From Paragordius varius (taxonomy: Eukaryota; Animalia; Nematomorpha), in the NCBI GenBank assembly GCA_964247055.1, contig OZ176059.1, positions 620,001 through 684,000 of the forward strand: a stretch of 64,000 nt of DNA, read 5' to 3'. Shown here piece after piece: positions 51,501-63,500 of this stretch. Made by a program: the position numbers and the translations under genes. Under the pieces are notes generated by a model. It was not told the origin of the DNA. It did not search any database and was given only the letters and a program-made list of their open reading frames with translations. Numbering within the stretch: the first letter of the stretch is position 1; the number at the start of each line of letters is the position of its first letter.

Positions 51501-54500
51501 TGTCCAACACAAATGATTTTGCGGGCCTCATTCGTAACATACATCATAAGTAATTTAGGTATTTACCAACATAAGACTGTAAAATGCAAAGACAATATAA
51601 CAATTTTCTCAAGTTTTTGCATGGACTTATTTAAAAAATTAGTTAAAAAAATATCAATTTTACCAAGATTTTGTAGTAATATTTTTGCAAATTATAATTA
51701 TTATTTTTCAGGCCGCATATAAAATTTCAGAGGGCCTTATGCGGCCAGCAGGCCGCGTGTTGGATACCCCTGATTTATACTATCAATTATTGAAAAATAT
51801 AGCCATGTATACTTATGCTGTATACTTACTAGATGTTTACCAAGATTTGAATGGTACAATAAACAATAACATTATAATTCACGTTGAAAACGGAGATGAT
51901 GAATTACTTGGGCACAGTACGGATAAAATGAATGTTAAACATAACAAGGCTTATCAAAAAGTTACTACGGCTGCCAGGCTAAATCCATATGTAACACATA
52001 TACCCTCTCGCATACCCTATAGGTAAATTTATTTAATTCCTTTGTTTTGCATGGGAGCAAATTTAAATATTAGTACTAAGTATAGGAAAGACATGGCGAA
52101 TATTTAATTTGACAATTAATGTTAGTGTAAATTTTATTTAAGATTCACGATATACATTAAGTCATTAGGATAAATTCTAAACTGATATTAATTTTGTCAT
52201 ATTATTATAAATGTGTGGAAAATATCAAGATTATTTTCATATAATTATCAACTATGCCCTAAACTTTTAGATGCGAAATCGATGAAGCAACATGCCAAAA
52301 TGGCCAATGTATTAAACGTAATTTGGTATGTGATGGGATCCCCCACTGTTCCGATAGCTCTGATGAAATGAATTGCCGTATTTATTTTTTATATCTATCA
52401 TATGTAATGGCGCTTTAAATGTTGCTACTGTAGTGCTTCATTTTTTAAATATAATATTAGTTGTAGGACCTTTGTTAAAATGCATCCAAACTTTATTATA
52501 TTGTTTATGCGCTTTGCTTTTTGTGCCTTGTGATCTATATGTGTCCATGTATATGCATATTTTAGCTGGTGGTGGTTCACGGGATTCAAGTCAAATCAAA
52601 GGTAAATAATTTTTAGTAAACGGTTATTTTATATAAAAGGGATATGGGAGGAATGCATATATTCTTAAATACTTACTATATTGTATTCATAACAAACTTT
52701 ATAAATTAATGCCACACTGTAAAGTTTTTGAGCATATAAAAAACGGGTTTATTAATTAAATTTGTTGGTATATTCAAAAAAATATTTTAATTGATAAATA
52801 TATTGATATAATGCCTTAAACGATGAGTGCGGTTAAAGTAAAATAACTGTTTTAAAATTTAAGCTTAAGATAATGTTTATTTGCACGTTAACTTTTATTT
52901 GAGTTACCAATATATATTCTCAAATGTATTGATTTACACTTAAAGCCGTCGCTTTAATTTTGATACTTATATGAACTATTATAAATTATCTTGATTTGAA
53001 TGATCATCGGATTATATATTGAACCCTGAACAGAGAATTTCCGACTACATCCCGTGCACGTGCTTTCCATATATTAATTACACTAGTCAACAAATTTAGA
53101 CATTTTTAAGCACCACCACTCAAACTTTTTAAATTATGACTAATTTCAGTGTTTTAAAACCCAATTTAAAAATTTTTTTGATCCCGCCAATCAGAATTTT
53201 GAAATTTTATAGGTTTTTCAATTTTTCAAAAACAAAAGAAAATCGAGAGAAAATTAAATATAACTTTATAATAAAATGTTATTATATTATAAACTTAATA
53301 TCATTTAATAAAGCGTTTTAATCTCTATCTTTTGAATATAAATATGTCATTTAAATATCAGAGAGAAATAAATAGTACGGACTTAAACGTCAAAATTTAG
53401 TCTTTTTTTTTCAAGTGAATTTTTAACACATATAAAAATTTTTTAAAAAAATACTAAAAAAGGCATTCTATGGTTTAAACCTTCGGCTTTCAGATAGGCT
53501 ATATTTTTTTTGTTAGTTTTCGTTCTTTTGAGTACTTATTAGACTTTTTCTCTTGAGTTAGTTCTTATAAAAAATCTTTTATTTATACCTAGTGGATATA
53601 CCTTATTTTTTTTTAAATTATTGGTTGTTTTGTAGAATATCAGATGGATGTTGTGTAGTCACTTTTAGAAGAATTTACTGTTATGGGATTGGACCATTTG
53701 TATTTACCTAATTTATATTCAATTTAATTGTAGAATTTATCTAACTTTATTCTGTAAATTTGTTAATTTGACATGTCAATTTGCCTGGATTTTGCTTGCA
53801 AGTCTCTCTTATCGGACTTTACGATTACTTATTGTTATCTTTGCCACATCTGGCATAATTATAGGATCGCTTGGGGGATATGCAGAGCTTGTGCAGCCGC
53901 CCGGATCTATCACACTATACATAAGCCCCTTTTAGATTTTTAATACTTTGGCTCTTAGCTTGTTTGGTATCTTATTTAATGCCTGGAATTTGTTATCCAT
54001 GCATAGAATATTACTTGTATCGACTTGTTCGTTTGAATATTAAAACATATATACACGAGGAATGATTGTTATTTTTAAATTAAATACAAATTTAAAAATT
54101 AAATTTTGGAAAAATCCTATTGGTGGCCTCAATTTTCTTTTTTGTTTTGGCCTTTCCATGCCATTAGGTATTAGAAAATGCAAAAATAATGGGGTGGTGC
54201 AAAACCTTGTTGAGCAGTGTTATTACAGTTATAATAGTATAGGGAATTTATTGTAATATAAAAAAATATATTTTACTATATATAGTTTGGCGGCAATGTA
54301 TAATTGCGTAGGTTAAATATTACAATATTTTGGTAAAAGCATTCACAATTAACTGCAATTAATGGATAGATGTATAAAAATAAAATGGAGCGGAGTCCGA
54401 GCTAGTTTGCATAAAAGGAGGTTCAAATTTATTGGTTTATTAAAGGGTTTCAAACACGCGGTCCTTTCTGAGACTATGTGTGCGGCCCGCGAAAAATTTG

Positions 54501-57500
54501 AAAATCCATATTTTGCGAAATATGCTTAAATCTTAATAAAATTGAAATTTCACAATTCCATATAAATCAATATAATATAATTGTCATGAAGTAGATAAAA
54601 ATTGATATATATTGTGTTCAAAACAGTCTCATGTAAAAAATCTAAAAAAATCATTTATGAAGGCCCATATATATCTATCAAATGCGGACCGCCGATTTTT
54701 TATGGCGAAATTGCCTGCAATTTCCTCGTTTAATTTATTGTACTTGAACGCTTTTGATCCACCAAAGTTATTGTATAACGTGTGTACACCATGCCACTTT
54801 GTATCAATGTCGCCTTTGTTTGCATATTTTTTTCCCCATAATTGTGATACGATAAAATATTTTTTAAACGTTTTATTAATGTCCTATCCAAATTTGACCA
54901 TTTGTCACTATTCAATGTATTGGATAAATAAACAACACAATTGTCTACAATTATTTACCCACCGGGACATAAAACCATACATACAAATGAATTAATACAT
55001 CGAAATTATCTAAAAATGTTTTTCGTTTCCAATAATACCTTCGATTCACCCACCTACTTGTGTGTTTGCTACACAATTAAAGTATACCATGTAAACATAA
55101 GTATGATATATACTGGTAATTGGTTCATTGATTTTTAATTTTTGACTTTTTACCATCACTTTTCCATTTACATTGGCATTCCACACTCATATTTCAAACT
55201 TATATATATATATATTATAAATATAACTTTTACAATTTCATTCTAAAAAATAATTTTGTGTTTTTTTGGGCTAATCATTTATTTTTTAATAAATATCAAA
55301 ATAATAATTTACATTTCTAAAAACACAATAAATTTAGGGTGAATTAAAAATCGTATATATATATATATATATATTACCTTATATTATTCGGGTAATAATA
55401 ATAATACGGCAATATATTTTTGTAATTGATTATGTTTAAGCTCCTAAATTTTTAAAAGGTAGAAAGGGCAAGCTTAGCCTATTAACTCTAATAAAAAGCA
55501 ATAATGTGGTGTAAAAACACCAATGATTTTTAATTTCTCCAAATCACAACATTGTCATTTTTTATTGGAAATACAATCATGATTTTACATCATACGCTAT
55601 CAGAATATTGATATTAGCAGTATATAAGGATCTATATATTTTGTATAATGAAAAAACAAAGATATTTACTGAATTAATAAGAAAGTAATCTTAACTTTGC
55701 TATTGTAAAAAAACCCATTTTCACTTATATTTGTATATAAGTAAAAGTATTGTTAAAATAGCTAAAGTTTAAAAGATATGGTAAATTTTCCTAATAATGA
55801 TGATATTATCTCTTAACATTTTAAGTTATACATTAATTAATTTAAACAGATTATCAGCAATACTGTGAACCTAATGAATTCCGTTGCGACAATGGTAAAT
55901 GCGTACAAAAAATTTGGCGTTGCGATGGTGACGATGATTGTGGAGATGGCTCAGATGAAAAGTTTTGTGGTAAAAAATCAAACTTTTTCAAATTAAATTA
56001 CCAAAATCAACATGGTTTTTTAGTTTAAAAAATCGACAGATCTTCTAACAAACAAAATATTTTCAAATTTAATATATTACTTTACTTTTACCTTGTGTCA
56101 TTATTAAGGTTAAAATGTAGAGGCTCCTTAAATTATTCTTTTTTAATACCAATTCAATACAATATATATTGGCAATTAATATGTGTCTTCTATATATTTG
56201 CAGTAATGAAATTATGCGGACTAAGCGTAAAACTAAAAATATTTTTTTAAGTACAAACATATTTTTTGAACATTATTTTTTTGATATCACTCATTAAGGT
56301 AAAAAGATATAAGTTGTTAATGAACTACATTTTATATTTCAAATCGTGATTCCATTTATGTAGGAAATATCGAGTCTTAAATGATATGGTTTTCCTTGTT
56401 TTTAATAATAATTGCCTTTTAGTCCTTTCATTTTGCACAATTTTTACTGTATATTTAGCTACAAAAGCACCCGGTTCTCGATGCAATACTGCTGAATGGG
56501 GTTGTGCCAGTGGACATCAATGTATCCCGTCTTCCTATCAATGCGACGGTGAAATCGATTGTTCAGATAGTTCGGATGAAATTGGTTGTTCCCCACCAAT
56601 CATTCTTAAAGCCCCTCAGAGATATGTCACGGTATATGTAATATAAAATGTAGATGATATAAATATGACTAATATTGTATAGCGCTGTAAAAGTTAATTC
56701 ACCCATTATATTGGTATAATAATGAATAAATCTTAGTTCGTTCCTTTTTTGTCAAAATCTCCAATTTTGACAGGCCTGTGTTTGAATATATACACGACGA
56801 TTCGTGATTATATTAGAATAATCATTAGAAAAATAGTCTCTCAATAAAAATAACAGTATTGAATGTTAAACAAAATTAACTTTGTTCCAATACTAATATC
56901 ATTACAGTATTATAACACCTGGTTCACCTTAAACTATTGCACAGTTTTTGTAGTTTTTTTATACAGATTATTATCCAAAAAATATTAGGTAAGGGTAGGA
57001 CAAACGGCCACAATCGATTGTATTGCGCAGGGAACACCTACACCCCTCATTAGTTGGAGATTAAATTGGGGACATATACCCATAGGGCCAAGGATAACTA
57101 CAACGAGTGAAGGCGGGCGGGGTCAATTAATCATACGGGCTGTGAGGGAAAGCGACCAAGGTATAAATCATAGTTGCATTTTTTTTAAGCTTGTGATTTT
57201 TAAAACACTGTTATATGATAAAGTATATTCAATAATTATGAGTTTTTATCCTAGCATTAGATTTTAGCCAGCCATCATTTAATGATAATCTATGAAGGAA
57301 AGAATTTTTTTGCGGAATATTATATTAAAATAATCAGATAATATTAAAAAAAATGTTTGATATTTTTACTAAAATTTTATATCAAAACTCTTGATCGCTA
57401 TAGTATTTATTTTAAATTAATTAATATAATTGTTTAATCAGTTAAAAGACTTTGCATTTAAATTGTTTGTTACGGTGTATGCTTAATATTGTAAAAAGGA

Positions 57501-60500
57501 TAGACAAAGAAAATTTATACCTAAAATTAATAGGGGGATCATATCGGTGTCTATAATATATTTTATTGGTATTTAATCACCCATGTTTAAGTTGTTAGAT
57601 TCATACAATAGATTTATTTTTCTTACTTAAAAATAATTTATTCTGACAATCAAATTTTTTTGCTCTTCAAACGTCATAAAAAGTAAATCACACAAATATT
57701 AAATCTTTTTTAAGTCAAACTTTCATGTTTATAGAGAATTACATACAACACGTATTTTTTGTTCAAATATGATTTTAGGAGCATACAGTTGTGAAGCCAT
57801 AAACAACAGAGATTCCGTCTTAGCTACTCCAGATGCTATACTTACTCTTGTGTTTGATAAACAGGTTAGCGCTGAACCGAAAAATGATTCTAAACCTTCA
57901 ACGACCGTAAGAGTTGGCCAAGCGGCCCAAAGCTTTCCGCCACCACAACGGACACATGATAATAGAAGCCGTCCTCCACAAAATGGTTGTGTTTTTAAGC
58001 TCCATAATAGATTATATGTTATCTAATAAAGAGCTCACTACCATTGTATATATAATTGTAAGGTTGAGTTGGATTGTTTATAGGCATATTCTTGACTGTG
58101 ACTGGGATCGCTTAAAAAGATAACTAGTCAAAAAACATTTAAACATATGATTATCATATAAAATTTAATATATAATTTTAACAAATATTATTACATTAGA
58201 GTTATAATATATTTTAAAACCATTATAACCTATTTTAACGGTTAACTTTGATTATGGCTTAGTTACATTTGTAGCAATAATGATTGCTTAATTTCCAAAG
58301 CAGTCTCGGTTAGAATATATATAACTTAATAATACATACCCACATAGTGGCTCTTTTAATAAGATAAAATATCTATTTCCCTAATTTAAATTTTTATTTA
58401 TATAGTTGTTTATAAAGTAATTATATAATCGGTTATTTTCTTCAGCATAATCCATATATATATATAAATTGAACATATCTAAATACCATTTAATTTAATA
58501 TTTTTGTTTTAAAGGACCTATTTGTCAACCACCGTATTTTAATAGTCAAGCAAGGACACCTAGTGAATGTTTAGCTTGTTATTGCTCGGGAAAAACCACT
58601 CAATGTTATAGCAGTACTAATCTGTATTTGTCAGAGGTTTAGATTAAGTTCCTTTATTGATATAATAAGCTTAAAAATATCCTAATAGCTAAATTATAAT
58701 AAACTATTTTTACGTTTGTTTTAGATCCCTTTACGAGGAAAACTAAACATAGCTGAGGTTAATGGGCAACGTATCCCTGAAAATTATTTACATCCATTGT
58801 CTGACGGTGTATCAATACAAAATTTGGATTCGTATTACAAAAGGTAATTCTAACATCATAAATATGGCCTGGGAAAAAATTTAGTGATAGGTGAGGTCGT
58901 AATTTATTTTCGAAAAATGATAGTGTAAGTTTGTGTATAATTTTTGGATTTAATCTTTCGATATTATTTTTATAAAATCATGCTTTTAATGCGTAAAATT
59001 TAAAATTAGATTGATTAATTTTATATTATATATTTTTTAAAATGCGAATTGGATAAATTTTGTCATTCTTAATTTAATAATCTTATTTCTAACATATTAT
59101 ATAAAGTTATATTTATTCTGAATAATTTGTTTAGAAACACGGCTAAACCATGTTATATCACATTAACTCCCGAGTTTTTGGGTAACAAATTACGAAGTTA
59201 TGGGTCATCGTTAACCTTTGATATATTTTATACGACAATCGATGGGCGGACAAAAGATAGATTATCACATCCCATACTTATTATTGAAGTAACTGTATAA
59301 CATTATTTATTTTGTAATTACATATCAGCACCGACAATGGCAATATTTCACATGTAATGTTTAAGCAATTATCGGTGCGCTTTGAATATTTTGTATAAAG
59401 TGTTTTATAAGCGAAACTACGGTGATTTTAGCTCAAGCGTCAAAATTTAATTAAAAAAGTAATGGGTTTTATTGTAAAGAGACATGTGAGGCCACTAGTT
59501 ATTCACATAAATTTATCTTATACACATTCCATTTTTAGCTTATTTTTTTAAATTTTTGTTCGGGCAAGAGTGGAACAATCAGTGATAATTAGGAAAACCT
59601 AAATCAATACTCCAAAAGAAACGTTTGAATGCTTGTATAGTTTCAAAAATTAGAGATAAATATGTAATTATAAAATTTTTTAATTATTTATTTTTAAACA
59701 AAATTATTAGGGATCAAATCAAAACATTTATCATTATTCCAAACATTATATCCCTCCGAATAGCCATAACCGCATAAATATTCCCATATTGGAAGTAACA
59801 ACTTTTTTATCATATCATTTTTATCGATTATTTTTATGGATTTTTCAATACTCTGAAAATTATTTTAATTATAACATATTGCCTATATATGATTAATACA
59901 TATATAAGGATATAATGTAAATTGCATACCTTTTTTAATAACCAATATAATATATTCCAATTTGTTTTTGGTTTTTTAGAAACATTTCACGCCAATATCG
60001 ACACAACAATCGATCGATGATAGGTCAACGCTTAATAGGCAAACATTTATGTCCATACTTCAACAGGTCAGAGCTATCAAAATTTTGGCTTCGTATGACT
60101 CTTCACAAACACAAGCACGGTATATTTAATTTAACTTTTATCAGTATTTTTATACATTCACCATGTTTGATCAACTTAAACACTTTTAACTTTTTACCAA
60201 TAAATGTAAATTACTTTTAATACTCAGTACGATTTATTATTGTATCATAAATATAAGAATATTAAACAAATAAAATAAGTAATGAGTAAAATGTATTAGT
60301 CCATATAAAATGTAATTTAAGATGGTGGATGAGAATTAGTTATGGTAATTTAAAAAAATATTTATATAATTATTAGCATAACTAAAATAAGTATGGGTGA
60401 TGCCGGTACCTACGATTATGGCAAAGGGCGCGCCCTTTTAGTAGAAGAATGTCGTTGTCCAATTGGTTACACTGGCCCATCTTGTGAGGTGAGAATTACA

Positions 60501-63500
60501 TGATAAATGGAATTATTTGATTAAAAACCTTTATATAAAATATCATATATAAACGTTTGTTTGCCATCGAATTATATTTAATCATAGAAATGTTCTGAAG
60601 GATTTACGGGTCAAACTAAAACTGGAGAAACTAGCCCGACATGCATTGCTTGTAAATGTAATGGTCATTCAAATCAATGTGATTTAAGTACAGGGACGTG
60701 TTTGGTAAAAAATATTTGAAATATTTTGCGTTAACAGATAAAACAGTACCATTTTAGGGGATACTTTTTTGTTCTGATAATATTTTTAAATTTTGTGCTC
60801 CTATTATTCAAAATAAATGCATACGACACCTATTAGCCTGATAAAAATGAATACATACAGATCAATATTTTTAAAGACTTGAATATCTATTTAATTATTA
60901 CACGTATAAATATATTATTACACATGATTATTGAATGAAAAATGGGGAATAAAATAAAATAAAAAATATTTTTTTTTAAATTAGAATTGTCAACATAATA
61001 CAGAAGGCAAAACCTGTGAACGCTGTAAAGCCGGTTATTACGGAGACGCTCAGCGGGGGACGTCTCATGATTGCAAACGATGTGCTTGCCCATTAGCTCA
61101 TGACTCCAACAAGTATTTTTTATGGAAATCGAGAAATGCCAAATAATAAAATATTTATTAAAATAGTAAAGTTAAAAAAAAATTTAAATCACAATACCAC
61201 TAATTTTGAATCCACAAAAGGGGATGATTCATTTTCAAAGTTAATTATATTTTAATAACTAATTTATTAATTTATAGCTATAACATAAAACAATATAATA
61301 GTTTATATATCAATACAATTTGGGGCGCCTTAATATTTTGATGACCTTTAAACCATTTCACACATTTTAACTTAGCCCTAAAAATAAATTATGTCTGTGT
61401 CTGTTCCAAATCAAGTCATAAGTGAGTCTTAATATCTGTTTATAATTCATAAAATAATTAAGGGGTATATATGAAAATGTTAAAATTTAATTTCAAAATA
61501 TCTGATGATTAATTTGGAGTGTTGGAAAGGTTTAAAGCAGTGGTTCCCAACCTTTTTTGTTCAACCCCAATAAATTGAAATAATTCTTGCTTTCCTCTCC
61601 TCTCAAAAATCAAAGATAAAGATGTAAAATTTATTTAATAATATACTTTATCGATGAGATTCTTTTATTTGTAATTGTTTAAATATTTTTTCCATTCATT
61701 ACTTAATTATAATTTTTAGTAAGAACCAATATAAAAAATAATTAAAATTAATATGTGGGAATTTAACAAGCTAACAATGACTACTTCCCAATTTTTAACA
61801 AATTTATAATTTAAATTAATATTTTTGTATAACCGATTATCTAATAATATAATAAACATTATGCTTATTAACATAAACTTAAAGTAGTTTCTCCAAATTT
61901 TCCGCGCCACCTCCAGACTTTTTGGGGCACACTGATTAAAGCCGTCTTAATCTCCCACCATTAAAGTGGAATGATAAATTGATTGCTAACATATACAATA
62001 TTAAGCTTAATTAAGGTGTAATGGCCATATATTTAATAAATAAAATAATATATTCGGACAAAGTTGAATAACATGCAATAAAAGTATTTAAATATTCCAA
62101 ATATATGAAAATAAAATTACGTTTGCCGGGTATAAATCTTTTTACTATGGTCAAATTAATGTTATGTGCATCTATGTTAAATACACTTTATTTCATAAAC
62201 GTCCTAACCATAATATATCAAATATATACGGTTTAATATTGAGTTTTTGAAAATATATATCTTTTATTGAAATTTGGGTTGCTTTAGTAACCTAGTTAAT
62301 GGCGATGATAGAAATCTATACTATCTCTCATAAATGTTTAGTTTCTCACCCACGTGTGTTTTGGAGAAAGATGTGAATCAATTACATTGTTTGCAATGTC
62401 CTCCGGGCTACAGCGGAAAACGGTGTGAACGCTGCGCACCTGGCTATGAAGGATATCCCACCAAACCTGGGGACTCGTGTAAACCAATAGGTAAGGAAAT
62501 GACTGTAATACAGTAATAAAAATTGAAATTATACGAACAAAACGTAAAAATATAAAGACAAATATTTTTTGAAAAGACAACCATACTTTTTAAATATTAA
62601 ATTTTTTTCAATATGAATTATTGTTTAAAATTGCAAAGCATGAAATTGATATGTATGTTGGTAAAATAATTAATTATACACTTTACAATTGTGATTATAT
62701 TATATATATACGAAAAAATAAGGTTTAAGTATGGTTGTCTTTAAAAAAAATATTTGTTTAATTTTTTTACGTTTTGTCCGTATAATTTCAGTTTTTACCT
62801 TAATATGTGTCTATATGTAAAACATTGAGACAAAAACGTATTTTTTTCGTTTTTAATATTTTTCAGATACTACAGCTTACCTGATAAAATCCAAAAATTA
62901 AATGCCTCATTTAATTTAGACATATCGGAGTGTTTTTTATTAAATATGTATCTAATGGAAAATAGATGTTAGAATTTAATTAGTTCAGATAAGCGATTAT
63001 AATTACCATAGGGATTATTGATAGTAAAAAATTAAAATATTAGTATATTAAACCTTTAGATTTTTAATTTATAAAAAAATTAAGTTAATTAACGCTTTGT
63101 TGTTGATAGTTTTTAATGCAAAATCGGACAAGCGATTTTTTTTTCATTAAACTTTAAAATTTGGCCATTTTAATTAATGACAAGTTTTTTATTAAAGTTA
63201 AACCAATGTAGAATAATAAATTTTGAATTTTTTATCAATATATCCTACAACAATATATATTAGATGTTAAAAAAATTATATTATAATCAGAATAAAGGTG
63301 CTTATCGCTTTTGCAGCGATTACTTAATTTTAAAAATCTAATATGATATCTCACTAATTTTCATGACATATTGTACATATAGTATATTTATATAATTAGA
63401 CCTAATTCTAGGATTTATAAACTCAAAATAATTTACATATATAAAAATGGTATTTTTTAGCTAAATTAAAAATTCTGACATTACTTTTATGTATAACAAA

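Noticed and set aside
53640-54030. Second LINE fragment
   Set aside because: GC-richer island with faint resemblance to an RTE C-terminus, but no diagnostic motif could be read; left unannotated.
39770-62580. Short ORFs overlapping perlecan exons (39770, 39953, 40152, 47695, 50499, 57914, 60017, 60887, 62338)
   Set aside because: Antisense or off-frame shadows of perlecan exons with no independent motifs or splice support.
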